Assembly: GCA_051252375.1 (NCBI GenBank)
Contig: JBPOFY010000001.1
Location: 96,001-160,000, forward strand
From: Opitutaceae bacterium
GTDB lineage: Bacteria; Verrucomicrobiota; Verrucomicrobiia; Opitutales; Coraliomargaritaceae
Direction: 5' to 3'
DNA length: 64,000 nt
The notes under the pieces are model-generated. The model was given only the letters and a program-made list of their open reading frames with translations. It did no database searches and was not told the origin of the DNA. The position numbers and the translations under genes are program-made. Below, piece by piece: positions 1 to 9,973 of this stretch (its first letter is position 1; each line of letters opens with the position of its first letter).

Positions 1-362
1 TGCTCTGCGACCGCTACCTCGATTCGACCAGCGTCTATCAAGGCGTCGCCCGACAAATCGACCCGGCCTCCGTCGATACCATCAATCAATTTGCCATCGG
101 CCAAACCCTGCCCGATCTAACGATCCTAATCGATCTAGATCCAACAGTCGGCATGGAGCGCGTCAAAGCACGCAGCGGCGGCAAACTGGACCGAATGGAG
201 CAAGAAGCCATCGAATTTTTCGAAGCCGTTCGCGCAGGCTATCTCAAAGCCGCAGCCGCCGAACCAAAGCGCTTTCTAGTCGTCAACGGCGACCAAAGCA
301 TCGAAGCCATCCAAGCAGAGATCTGGAATGCCGTAGAAGTCTTGCTCGCTACAGGCAATTAG
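1..362 (+). CDS. tmk: Thymidylate kinase, 3' part (5' end outside window)
   Basis: Frame 3 reads LCDRYLDSTSVYQG...PDLTILIDLDP...DRME...VRAGYL...NGDQSIE, typical dTMP kinase motifs; open from the window start. Confidence 0.92.
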   Translation, partial: LCDRYLDSTSVYQGVARQIDPASVDTINQFAIGQTLPDLTILIDLDPTVGMERVKARSGGKLDRMEQEAIEFFEAVRAGYLKAAAAEPKRFLVVNGDQSIEAIQAEIWNAVEVLLATGN

Positions 363-386
363 CCTGCCGAGTGAACCCTTACTACT

Positions 387-409
387 GGAGGGACGTGTTT
401 CACACGTCC
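387..409 (+). repeat. REP-like hairpin (GGAG type)
   Basis: GGAG + GGACGTGT-TTC-ACACGTCC, a perfect 8-bp stem between convergent tmk and marR. Confidence 0.65.
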
Positions 410-420
410 GCATGCCAATT

Positions 421-436
421 AGCTTGACGTAAAGCA
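421..436. promoter_or_regulatory. Possible second MarR-type operator
   Basis: AGCTTGACGTAAAGCA, an imperfect palindrome resembling the 925-940 site. Confidence 0.35.
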
Positions 437-452
437 ATATGAGCAAGCGAGC

Positions 453-902
453 TCAAACTCCCAACACTTCAGCACGCTGTCCAAGTTTCCCCATTAGTGC
501 GGCAAAGTGCACTCGATCTACATCGTCGAAATTTTCGAAAAGCAGATCGAGATCAGCGGCATGTGCCTCAAAGGCCGTTTCGATCAGCTCCCTACCCCTG
601 TCGGTGAGGTGGACTAGAACCACCCGAGCGTCTTCCCGGCTCCTCTCACGAGCGACAAAGCCTTTCTTTTCAAGTCGTTGCACCGCTGTAGTGATCGACC
701 CACTAGTCAGCAGAACCTTCTCGCCAATTGCATTAACCGGGAGTGAGCCCTTATGGAGTAACACTTCCAACACTCCAAAATCCGAAAGCGACGCAAAACC
801 CGAGCGGCTAATACTCGCCTGATCGTAGGCCATCACAGCCCGTGAAGCTTTCCACATGAGTAAGAATAAATGCGGACCAGAGTTCTGATAAATCTTAGGC
901 AT
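453..902 (-). CDS. MarR family transcriptional regulator (MhqR-like)
   Basis: SDFGVLEVLLHKG...IGEKVLLTSGSITTAVQRLEKKG...DARVVLVHLTDRG winged helix-turn-helix. Confidence 0.92.
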   Translation of the reverse strand: MPKIYQNSGPHLFLLMWKASRAVMAYDQASISRSGFASLSDFGVLEVLLHKGSLPVNAIGEKVLLTSGSITTAVQRLEKKGFVARERSREDARVVLVHLTDRGRELIETAFEAHAADLDLLFENFDDVDRVHFAALMGKLGQRAEVLGV

Positions 903-924
903 GTTTCAAACCATGCCCGCACAT

Positions 925-940
925 AGCTTGATGTCAAGGT
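925..940. promoter_or_regulatory. Putative MarR autoregulatory operator
   Basis: AGCTTGATGTCAAGGT (core CTTGA-TG-TCAAG) 22 nt upstream of the marR ATG, in the divergent marR/can region. Confidence 0.5.
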
Positions 941-1047
941 AAATGGGCTTTCAAGCAAAGTGCCTAGAATGCGATACGATAGACTTGCACTGCAAGTCGC
1001 GACAACTATCTTCACGCAAAACTACTAAAAACCAACCGCTGACCACT

Positions 1048-1644
1048 ATGCCAACACTAGCCAAACTCCTTGAAAACAATCGCAAATGGGCGCAAAGCGT
1101 CACCCAAGAAGACCCCACTTTTTTCGATAAGCTCTCTCAGCAGCAGAGTCCCGAATATTTATGGATCGGCTGCTCGGATAGTCGGGTGCCCGCCAATCAG
1201 ATCACTGGCCTGATGCCTGGCGAAGTGTTTGTCCACCGCAACATTGCCAACATGGTCGTGCACACCGACCTCAATCTACTCTCCGTCCTACAATTTGCGG
1301 TCGATGTGCTTAAAGTGAAGCATATCATCGTCTGCGGGCACTATGGCTGCGGCGGCGTGAAAGCCGCGCTCAACAACGAACCCCTCGGCTTAATTGATAA
1401 CTGGCTTCGCCACATTCAAGACGTGGAGGCATTTCACATCAACGAACTAACACCCCTCGAAGGTGAAGCGAAATGCGACCGCATGTGTGAACTCAACGTC
1501 ATGGCCCAAGCAGAGAACCTTCGACGCACCTCTGTTCTAGTTGATGCATGGAAACGCGGTCAATCAGTCGAAATTCACAGCTGGATCTACAGTTTAAAGG
1601 ACGGCCACATCCGCACATTACAAGACGCGATCCAGAGCAAATAG
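1048..1644 (+). CDS. can: Beta-class carbonic anhydrase
   Basis: WIGCSDSRVP, FVHRNIAN and CGHYGCGG zinc motifs; start placed at ATG 1048 (MPTLAKLL). Confidence 0.95.
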   Translation: MPTLAKLLENNRKWAQSVTQEDPTFFDKLSQQQSPEYLWIGCSDSRVPANQITGLMPGEVFVHRNIANMVVHTDLNLLSVLQFAVDVLKVKHIIVCGHYGCGGVKAALNNEPLGLIDNWLRHIQDVEAFHINELTPLEGEAKCDRMCELNVMAQAENLRRTSVLVDAWKRGQSVEIHSWIYSLKDGHIRTLQDAIQSK

Positions 1645-1845
1645 TCGGTCCTACAAAGACTTGGGCTAGGAGGATATAGGGACGAAACGCCAAAGAACTG
1701 GTGCCCATCCCTCAATGTGGACTTAGGCTATATTCTCGATACGTATCTCCTTGAGATATAGCTAAATACGCGTAAATAGATAGTAGGCGCATCCGCCATC
1801 CCCGAACCACCCCTTAGGGCGATGGCAACACGGCTCTACTGCTCT

Positions 1846-4800
1846 ATGAAACATTTACACCTCTACCTTTTCGCCCTCCCCTTGCTTTTCACCTATGCGA
1901 TTGCGCTTGATGAAAATGCCAACGGGCTCAGCGATGTCTGGGAGCAACGTTTTAATGCAAGTAATCTAACGCTTGAAGCCGACGACGATGGCGACCGCTT
2001 CACCAACCTAGAAGAGTGCATCGCCGGAACCGACCCCAACGACTCTACAGACCACCCTCAATTATTCCCGACCGTAATCAACGAGACTGGCGTCGAGATG
2101 CAACTGCACTTCGATACACTCAGAGGCAAAAGCTATACAGTCAGTCACTCCAGCGACCTCACCAATTTTTATGACGTGCCTCCATCTTGGTCGGGAGACA
2201 ATGCCACGCGCTCCCTCACCATTCAAAACGACGGCGCAGCCGAAACGCTAAGCCCCATACGCATTGATTTTTGGTCAGACCTCCCCGGCGATACCATTAG
2301 CGACCTACATGATCTAAGCACCTATCCCAGCGCACCCGACGGCACCGCCTATAATGCCCTCCCAACAGCGCCGGACTTTCTAGCCACCGGCTATGGTGCA
2401 CGCCTATCCTGCTGGATCGAAGCACCTCAAACTGGAGCTTACACCTTCTTCTTAACCGCCGGCGGTCCCGCCGAGCTCTACCTCGACCTAACTCCCGACG
2501 AAGAGAGCACATTGAAAATTGCCGAGGTTTTACCCACACAAACCGGATTAGCTCTCAGCGAATGGAACACATATGCCACTCAACGCTCTGACGCGGTCGA
2601 CCTCATCGCGGGCAAACGATATCATATCGAACTGCACTATGTATCCACAATTCCACGACAACACGCACAGATCGCCTGGTCACTCCCCGGAACCGCGGAA
2701 ATCGAACTCCTCGAAAGAGACGACCTCGCAAAAGTGTTTTTCCATACAAAGACAGTCAGCGGCAACACCCTACTCGAGCACGACTACGATAGCATCGGTC
2801 AGACTGGGAAGCTCTGGCCAAATGCCTCACTCACACCAACTACTATTGTAACCGGCACACCCGGCATGACTGGCAATGCCGAGCACATATCAGGCGATCT
2901 AAGCACCAGCGGCAGCGAAGAGCGCGCTTACTTTGCCCCCGGCAGTAGCGATCATCTCTATGCCACATGGCTATTTAACATGGCAACAGGCAGCTCTCAG
3001 GACAACTACGTCTATTTGATGAACGGTGACAACGGCTCACAGGAAGGACCACGTTTCGACATCGAAGACAGCACATCCAACTCGACCGGAGCGGTCGTCC
3101 GTGCTGGCGGCTCCAGCGGCAACGAGGCACAAGTCGATATTGAGTTCGACACAACCTACCGCATCGAACTGGTCACCTCTCTAGTGCCTGAAGGTTTTGA
3201 ATACCGCGCTCCAGACGGCTCACACACGGTGGCCGAAGACACTTTCGATATGTATGTCAGCGACCCAACAGGTAGGTTCGTTGGCTCCGCCACAGGCCTG
3301 ACCTACAGGGATGGTGCCAGCAATCTCATCCAAAGCCTGAGCAGCATTCGACTAGCCACCCCAAACAACCCAAACATCACCTATGACGATTGGTTCGTCT
3401 CGACCGGCAACATTCCCGGAGAGGGCTATCTAGTCGCCAACGAGGTCGACTTTGGTGGCGGCCTAACACCGAACTTCTTTAAGTTCTCCGTTGAAGAACA
3501 AGATCAAGACAGCGACACCATCCCAGACTGGGAAGAACTCGCACTCGCACCTTACGCCAACCTGTTGTTTTTCGATTCAGAGACCATCAATGGCACCCCC
3601 GACGTCGACACGCTGCAAGCCTACCTAACAGGTGCCACCGGTCTACCCGACATCGCACTGTATGGCTCCGACGCCTGCGCGATGGAAAGCAATTATCCAA
3701 ATACCATTCCCGACGATGGCGAAATCACGATCACACGCGAAGGCGTGCTGACCCCAGTCACCGTCCATCTAGAAATCATCCCTCTCGAGGGCACGGGCAG
3801 CACCGTCACTCTTTGCGACGGCTCTTGTTGCATGCTAGTTGGCACCGCCGGCGATGAGGCAGCCGAAGTGGAGGACTATCAAATCATCGACGAAGACGGC
3901 AATATCATCACCGACAGCGTGCACTTCGAATTCGGCGAGCGTCAAAAAATCCTCACTGTTAAAGCGATCAACGACGAGATCAACGAATACCCCGAGACCT
4001 TGAACATCGGCATAGCACCCTCACCTGACAGCAACTACACGATCTCCACCTTATTTAGCGGCGCTTCGATCCAACTCTTCGACTTACCGGATAGCCCAGA
4101 TAACCTCACCATCTTCACTGGTGCCTTCAGCCAAGACGGTAAGGCAGTCAACGCGACGAGCGGCTCCGGTTCCGTGACAGCTACTATCAACGGTCCACGC
4201 ACTGAAATGCGTTTTTGGAACCAGTTCTCGAACTTAAACAACGCCCAACAAGACTCACACATCCACAAAGCCAACTCGGGCAACACTGCCGGCAGCATTA
4301 TCTACGCGATCACCAACACACCAGGCGATGAATCCGGCGCCTCCCCGGGCTCGGACCCTTTCAATGGCCAGCTAAAATATTACCCCGTCCAAGTGCTCGC
4401 CGGCGAAGACCCCGGAAGCGCGGTCGAAGGCGATGGCTACCCATGGGATCTGCAGGAATCTTCAGGTGCCGTCCCCACATTGGGCGGCGCGGCATCCAAA
4501 CAAACCATCATCGACTCACTGTTCGGTCAAAACGGGGAGACCTCGCTCTATCTCAATGTTCATACAGTCAGCAATCCTGCTGGTGAGATCTGGGGCTTCC
4601 TAAATCTCTCCGAAGGTTCGATCAGCGATCCCGGCGATGCACCAGCGGCCGACGCACCAGGCACAAGCGGCTACCCACAGCTCAGCGGCGATCTACTTGA
4701 AGCTGAAGTCAGACGCTTCCTAAACCAAGCCACCTTTGGAGCCACCGATGCCAGCGTCGCAGCACTGCTCAATACGATCAATACCGAGCGCGGCACCGAT

Positions 4801-6936
4801 CCAAACTACCATCGCCACAGCGCATACGAAGCATGGATCGACGACCAGATGAACCCGACCGTCACCAAGCAGACCTTCCTTCTCGATTATTACACCGCGG
4901 TATACTTCCAATATTTGAAACTCTCTGGCGTCTTCGACCCCGCGCGCAATATCGCCGATACCGTCACGCCAACGCCAACAACTCCCGCCACATGGCCCAC
5001 AATCAATCGCGATGACCCCAACCCGGAGCTTTGGTATCTAAGTGACCCTTTCCCAATCACGCGCCCTGAATACCTACTGGCAGATGACACCAATAATCTC
5101 ATCTCATCCACCGGCTACAGAAACCTGAACCGCAACACATTCTCGCACATGATGTTGAACGCCAAAGATCAGTTACGCCAGAAAATGGGCTTCTCACTAC
5201 AACAGATCGTCGTCGTCAGCAACTCACTCAGCACGATCGAGGATCAACCCTTCGCAACCGTAAACTACCAAGATCAGTTCAACCAACACGCCTTCGGTTA
5301 TTATCGCAGCATACTTGGCTACGTAAACTGGAGTCCACTGATGGGCGCATGGCTCTCCAGTTTGAAAAACCAGAAAGCGATCGATTTCGACGGTGACGGT
5401 CTGTTCGACACATACCCCGACGAAAACCTCGCGCGAGAGAATATGCAGCTCTTCACGATCGGTCTATTCAACATCTGGCCGGATGGCAGACTACGCCTCA
5501 CCCCCAACGGTCTACCCGAATCGAGCTACACCAATGCCGACATTCAAGAGTTCGCAAAAATCCTCACCGGTCAAAGCTTCAGCTTAGAGCGCAACACACC
5601 GAACGGTCTCTACCAATGGGGCGGCGTTCCCTACGCCCCGGATAACGATACTTTCAACGCAAGCACCCGATCGGGACCAATGGCCAGACAGTATCTCTAC
5701 CCAATGAAGATGTTCGGCGACTATCACAGTCTAGGACCAAAAACATTTGCCGGCACCACCATCGACAATAGCGCTCTGCCCGACTTCAGCGATCAAGGCA
5801 TTGCCGACGTAGAGGCTGCCATCGATTGGCTGGCTGGCAAGCCAGGCGACGGTCTACCCGATTTCGATATGGTCAATAGCCATATTAGCACGCCCGCATT
5901 TGTATCACGCCGACTGATACAACGCTTCACCACATCCAACCCATCGACCGAGTATCTGCATCGCGTGGCGACCGTCTTCAAAAACTCGGAGGGCAATCTC
6001 GGACTCACCGTCAAAGCCATCCTACTTGATCCCGAGGCCCGCAACCTAGATGTTTACGACACTCAATTCGGTCTAAAGAAGTCACCGCTTGAAGGTTACT
6101 TACAATTACTGCGCGCATTCGACGCTTACAGCTATATCCCGCTCACCGACCCTTCCGGCGCCAGCCCATACGATGCAGCACCAGGCAGTTTTGCCAACGC
6201 AGACCTCTTTCTCAACACCTTCGATTATCCCGCGGAGCAACTTGCAAACCATGAGAGAAATGCCCGCTTCATGTTCAACAGCTTCTTCACCAGTGGCTCC
6301 GAAGGGCTGCAAATGAATCCCTTCGATCAAGAAACGGTATTCAACTTTTACCTACCGGACTTTAATCCAGGCGGCGCGATCGGCGCGGCAGGTCTCGTTT
6401 CCCCCGAACTGCAACTCGCAAACGAGCAAGACATCATTCGTAACATTAACTATTTCGAACAGATCACACGCTCTGAAAGTGGGCAAGGCGGCATCAGCCT
6501 CGGCAACACTAGCGCCAACCAAAGACTCGTATATGGTGTCGCCGACAACTCAACCGACAGCAACGACAACACACGCCTGCCGCTCCAAGCCATAGCCGAC
6601 GCATTCTACCCTGCCGCTGCACCCGACAACAGCAGCGACCCGAGCCGCAGTCCGGAATCACTCGCCGACGAAGCCATGCTCGACGAGCTGGACAAGCGCC
6701 TCACTAATGGAATTTTTAAAATCAAGTATCCCTACGATCCCAACGACGATGACGACCCCAGCATCGCCGGCGTAGACGACCTCCTTAAGAATCCGCGCGA
6801 ACTCATCATCGACTCCATCACAGGTGCTTACGGCGACCCATTCAATGGAAGCAGCGACGATGCCGACCGCCGTGATAAGCTAGAGAACATTCTGTTCCTG
6901 CTCACCTTCACGCCCGAATACCAAATCCAAAAATAA
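1846..6936 (+). CDS. Large secreted multidomain DUF1800 family protein (Ca-binding repeats, PA14-like, Calx-beta-like, CHRD-like)
   Basis: Signal peptide MKHLHLYLFALPLLFTYAIA; DENANGLSDVWE/DDDGDRFTNLEE repeats; PA14-like YGARLSCWIEAPQTGAYTF; CHRD-like HIHKA and YLNVHTVSNPAGEI; DUF1800 motifs RFLNQATFG, DQLRQKM, PDENLARENMQLFTIG, AILLDPEAR, FTPEYQIQK. Confidence 0.85.
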   Translation: MKHLHLYLFALPLLFTYAIALDENANGLSDVWEQRFNASNLTLEADDDGDRFTNLEECIAGTDPNDSTDHPQLFPTVINETGVEMQLHFDTLRGKSYTVSHSSDLTNFYDVPPSWSGDNATRSLTIQNDGAAETLSPIRIDFWSDLPGDTISDLHDLSTYPSAPDGTAYNALPTAPDFLATGYGARLSCWIEAPQTGAYTFFLTAGGPAELYLDLTPDEESTLKIAEVLPTQTGLALSEWNTYATQRSDAVDLIAGKRYHIELHYVSTIPRQHAQIAWSLPGTAEIELLERDDLAKVFFHTKTVSGNTLLEHDYDSIGQTGKLWPNASLTPTTIVTGTPGMTGNAEHISGDLSTSGSEERAYFAPGSSDHLYATWLFNMATGSSQDNYVYLMNGDNGSQEGPRFDIEDSTSNSTGAVVRAGGSSGNEAQVDIEFDTTYRIELVTSLVPEGFEYRAPDGSHTVAEDTFDMYVSDPTGRFVGSATGLTYRDGASNLIQSLSSIRLATPNNPNITYDDWFVSTGNIPGEGYLVANEVDFGGGLTPNFFKFSVEEQDQDSDTIPDWEELALAPYANLLFFDSETINGTPDVDTLQAYLTGATGLPDIALYGSDACAMESNYPNTIPDDGEITITREGVLTPVTVHLEIIPLEGTGSTVTLCDGSCCMLVGTAGDEAAEVEDYQIIDEDGNIITDSVHFEFGERQKILTVKAINDEINEYPETLNIGIAPSPDSNYTISTLFSGASIQLFDLPDSPDNLTIFTGAFSQDGKAVNATSGSGSVTATINGPRTEMRFWNQFSNLNNAQQDSHIHKANSGNTAGSIIYAITNTPGDESGASPGSDPFNGQLKYYPVQVLAGEDPGSAVEGDGYPWDLQESSGAVPTLGGAASKQTIIDSLFGQNGETSLYLNVHTVSNPAGEIWGFLNLSEGSISDPGDAPAADAPGTSGYPQLSGDLLEAEVRRFLNQATFGATDASVAALLNTINTERGTDPNYHRHSAYEAWIDDQMNPTVTKQTFLLDYYTAVYFQYLKLSGVFDPARNIADTVTPTPTTPATWPTINRDDPNPELWYLSDPFPITRPEYLLADDTNNLISSTGYRNLNRNTFSHMMLNAKDQLRQKMGFSLQQIVVVSNSLSTIEDQPFATVNYQDQFNQHAFGYYRSILGYVNWSPLMGAWLSSLKNQKAIDFDGDGLFDTYPDENLARENMQLFTIGLFNIWPDGRLRLTPNGLPESSYTNADIQEFAKILTGQSFSLERNTPNGLYQWGGVPYAPDNDTFNASTRSGPMARQYLYPMKMFGDYHSLGPKTFAGTTIDNSALPDFSDQGIADVEAAIDWLAGKPGDGLPDFDMVNSHISTPAFVSRRLIQRFTTSNPSTEYLHRVATVFKNSEGNLGLTVKAILLDPEARNLDVYDTQFGLKKSPLEGYLQLLRAFDAYSYIPLTDPSGASPYDAAPGSFANADLFLNTFDYPAEQLANHERNARFMFNSFFTSGSEGLQMNPFDQETVFNFYLPDFNPGGAIGAAGLVSPELQLANEQDIIRNINYFEQITRSESGQGGISLGNTSANQRLVYGVADNSTDSNDNTRLPLQAIADAFYPAAAPDNSSDPSRSPESLADEAMLDELDKRLTNGIFKIKYPYDPNDDDDPSIAGVDDLLKNPRELIIDSITGAYGDPFNGSSDDADRRDKLENILFLLTFTPEYQIQK

Positions 6937-6941
6937 GCGCC

Positions 6942-8516
6942 ATGTCTAAAAATTTGAACCATATTTCTCGTCGGCAATTTCTCCGCGCAGGCACTTGTGG
7001 CGCGATGACAATCGGTCCACTCGTCAACACCATCGCACAACTCTCGCTGATCAACTCAGCCGCTGCCAGCGCACTGGGCGGCTCACTTGTCGGCTCCGAC
7101 TACAAAGCTCTCGTCTGCATTTTCCTGCGCGGCGGCTGCGACATGAATAACGTGCTGATCCCCATCACCGGCAACCCACAAGCCGACGCCTATGCAAACG
7201 ATCGAGGTGTGGTTGGCATCCCCAACGGCATCACCACTTCTTACAATCCCACAGGTGCTGACAACACTCTTCCGATCATCGTCCCCGGAGCCGATCCCTT
7301 CGGCATGCACCCGAGCCTAGTGAACCTGAAGGCGATGTTTGATAATAGTGAAGCAGGCTTCATCACCAACGTCGGCACGCTCGCCGAGCCAACTAACAAG
7401 AACGAATACAGCACCACCAGCCTACCCAAACAACTGTTCTCCCATTCCGACCAAGTCACACAATGGATGTCGTCCATCTCCGACAAGCCCTACATCTCTG
7501 GCTGGGGCGCACGCGTCGCCGAACTCTATCACGACGCCTGGAACATCAACAGCCAGACATCGATGATGATTACCGCGGCAGGGAACAATCAGTTCATGAG
7601 CGGCAGTAGCGTGAGCCCATTTTCCGTCACCTCCTCTGGCTCGATTAGTCTCGCAGGTTTCGGCACAAATTACGCCAGCGCCTTAAACACCGATGGCAGC
7701 TACAAGACCAATTCAACCGGCAGACGATTTGAAGCGCTGGAGCGTATCATGCAATACAGCCACGCGCACATACTTGAAGAAGGATACGGCGAGGTCGTGC
7801 GCAGTGCACGCGCCAACGAGACCATCATCAACGAAGCTATCGCAGCCACTCCATCCGATGTCGACTTTGATCAAATCTGGCTTGATCACGAAGCCGACAG
7901 TGGCGTTGCTAATGAACTAAAATCAGTCGCACGACTCATCGCCGGTCGCGAGTGCATGGGCAACAATCGTCAAATATTCTTCGTCGATCTCGGCGGGTTT
8001 GATAACCACGCCAACATCAACGGCGCACAGCCTGCATTACTCGATCAATTAGACCGCGCCATTGGTGCCTTCAACGCCGGCATGAAAGCACTGGATGCCA
8101 GCACCATCGACACCGATTTCAGCTACGACAAGGTCACCACCTTCCAAGCCTCCGACTTCAATCGCACCTGGACACCCAACGGCACCGACTTTGCCTCGGC
8201 AGGCACCGACCACGCATGGGGCTCACACAGTTTCGTATTTGGTGGAGCCGTCAACGGCGGCAACTTCTACGGCAGTTACCCCACACTCGAAGTCGGCGGA
8301 GTCAACGACGTGCCCAGTGGCTCACGCGGTCGCTGGATACCCACCACCTCGGTCGACCAATTTGCCGCCGTCATGGCCAACTGGTTTGGCGTCCCGATCG
8401 GCAGTAGCGAGATGGAAACCATCTTCCCGAACCTGAACCGCTTCGAAGATCCGTTTGATATCAGTGGAACCGCAAACCTCGCATTCCTCCCGCCCTACGT
8501 GCCACCCATCATTTAG
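6942..8516 (+). CDS. DUF1501 family protein, Tat-exported
   Basis: SRRQFL twin-arginine signal; YKALVCIFLRGGCD, LFSHSDQ, GGFDNH, SDFNRT, GTDHAWG, GRWIPTTSVDQ motifs; 5 nt downstream of the DUF1800 gene. Confidence 0.9.
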   Translation: MSKNLNHISRRQFLRAGTCGAMTIGPLVNTIAQLSLINSAAASALGGSLVGSDYKALVCIFLRGGCDMNNVLIPITGNPQADAYANDRGVVGIPNGITTSYNPTGADNTLPIIVPGADPFGMHPSLVNLKAMFDNSEAGFITNVGTLAEPTNKNEYSTTSLPKQLFSHSDQVTQWMSSISDKPYISGWGARVAELYHDAWNINSQTSMMITAAGNNQFMSGSSVSPFSVTSSGSISLAGFGTNYASALNTDGSYKTNSTGRRFEALERIMQYSHAHILEEGYGEVVRSARANETIINEAIAATPSDVDFDQIWLDHEADSGVANELKSVARLIAGRECMGNNRQIFFVDLGGFDNHANINGAQPALLDQLDRAIGAFNAGMKALDASTIDTDFSYDKVTTFQASDFNRTWTPNGTDFASAGTDHAWGSHSFVFGGAVNGGNFYGSYPTLEVGGVNDVPSGSRGRWIPTTSVDQFAAVMANWFGVPIGSSEMETIFPNLNRFEDPFDISGTANLAFLPPYVPPII

Positions 8517-8521
8517 ACTAG

Positions 8522-9112
8522 ATGAAAAAAAATTGGATGATCCTCATCTTCGTAGGCGCCAGCCTACTGCTACTCCTTTATGTGAAGGTGAGCTCGATTG
8601 ACGTCGCAAATGACACTGCGAGTGAGACCCAAAATAATACACCCGCAACCACATCCGAATCAGTCACGAGCCAGACCACCGAGCCGAACCCTTACGACAT
8701 ACCCCAACCCGACGACCCCAGACTCACTCGCCTCGCAGATGGGCGCGTGCTCTACAACCCATCCGTAGAAGCCAGTCGCACACTCGACCAAACCATCGAC
8801 CCTGACGAAGCACTTACAGTGATCGATCAACTCATCAGCCACTACCGATTCGCCTATAAAGAAAATCCAGTCGGCAGCGAGAACACAGAAATCACCGAAC
8901 AACTCCTCGGCAAAAATCCGAAACGCATCGTCTTCCTCGATCCTCAAAGCCAGGCACTCAAAGACAAACAGCTACTCGACCAATGGGGCACCCCTTATTT
9001 CTTCCACGCGCTCTCCGCACAAGAAATGGAAATCCGCTCCGCCGGCCCCGACCAACAACACTGGACCGCCGACGACTTCGCCATCAATCAAGCCCAGCAA
9101 GACTCCGAATAG
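8522..9112 (+). CDS. Membrane-anchored protein with GspG-like C-terminal segment
   Basis: N-terminal hydrophobic helix; C-terminal LLDQWGTPYFF...IRSAGPDQ...TADD resembles the pseudopilin G C-terminus; no prepilin GFxLxE motif. Confidence 0.7.
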   Translation: MKKNWMILIFVGASLLLLLYVKVSSIDVANDTASETQNNTPATTSESVTSQTTEPNPYDIPQPDDPRLTRLADGRVLYNPSVEASRTLDQTIDPDEALTVIDQLISHYRFAYKENPVGSENTEITEQLLGKNPKRIVFLDPQSQALKDKQLLDQWGTPYFFHALSAQEMEIRSAGPDQQHWTADDFAINQAQQDSE

Positions 9113-9142
9113 AACTATCTGACTACCCACAGATCTGGATTA

Positions 9143-9229
9143 TTGTAGCCACGTCACTCTGTGACGTGATCGCTAGCGTAAACTTTGTCCACAATCGCAC
9201 AACACGGCAGGAGACTGCCGTGGCTACAA
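9143..9229. repeat. REP doublet (REPIN-like), GTAG type
   Basis: TTGTAGC-CACGTCAC-TCT-GTGACGTG ... CACGGCAG-GAGA-CTGCCGTG-GCTACAA; two inverted hairpins with 11-bp terminal inverted repeats. Confidence 0.8.
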
Positions 9230-9271
9230 CAAAAAGGATGAAGATAGGCCTGTCAGAGTCAGTCCGAAACC

Positions 9272-9838
9272 CTACTTACACAACTGCGTGTATCGGAAGC
9301 AATCAGTGGTATGATCGTTGACCATACCGACCGCTTGCATGAAGGCATAGCAGATAGTGCTGCCGACAAACTTGAAGCCTTCTTTCTTGAGCGCTTTACT
9401 CATCGCATCCGACTCGGGTGTGCTGACAGGGACATCTGCTAAAGACTTCCAGCTATTTTGTATTGGTTGACCGCCCACGAATTGCCACAGCCATTTTGCG
9501 AAACTGCCCTCACGCTCGACAACTCGCAGGTAGGCCTGCGCATTGCCAATCGACGCAGCTATTTTCAAGCGGTTGCGCACGATTCCGGCGTCCGCTAGCA
9601 ACTGGGCGACCTTTACAGCATCGTAGCGCGCGATCTTAGCCGCATCAAAGCCATCATAGAGCCGACGATAGTTCTCCCGCTTATTCAGTATCGTGATCCA
9701 ACTGAGCCCTGCCTGCGCGCCCTCAAGAATGAGAAACTCAAAGAGCACTCGATCATCCCATACCGGCACGCCCCACTCTTCATCGTGATAGCTTTTATAA
9801 AGCTCCGAACCGACTGACCATTGGCAACGTTGACACAT
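9272..9838 (-). CDS. tag: DNA-3-methyladenine glycosylase I
   Basis: RCQW, YHDEEWG, LEGAQAGLSW, IVRNRLKI, GFKFVGSTICYAFMQAVGMVNDH..C. Confidence 0.96.
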   Translation of the reverse strand: MCQRCQWSVGSELYKSYHDEEWGVPVWDDRVLFEFLILEGAQAGLSWITILNKRENYRRLYDGFDAAKIARYDAVKVAQLLADAGIVRNRLKIAASIGNAQAYLRVVEREGSFAKWLWQFVGGQPIQNSWKSLADVPVSTPESDAMSKALKKEGFKFVGSTICYAFMQAVGMVNDHTTDCFRYTQLCK

Positions 9839-9973
9839 GCACGCGAGACTAGGCTCTCGATGAAAAGATACAAAATTATATCCTAAAAAAACGCATTAGG
9901 AGTTTAGTGGCGTTCGCAGCTTTAAATACAAACAAATACAGCACTGAAAGTTTTTCAAGAGACATGCGCCTAA

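Noticed and set aside
1024..1047. Weak 7-periodicity upstream of can (ACTAAAA ACCAACC GCTGACC ACT)
   Set aside because: Too degenerate to distinguish from an A/C-rich leader.
1048..6936. Carbonic anhydrase plus acidic Ca-binding protein as a biomineralisation module
   Set aside because: Adjacency only; the enzyme has no signal peptide and a 200-nt spacer separates the genes.
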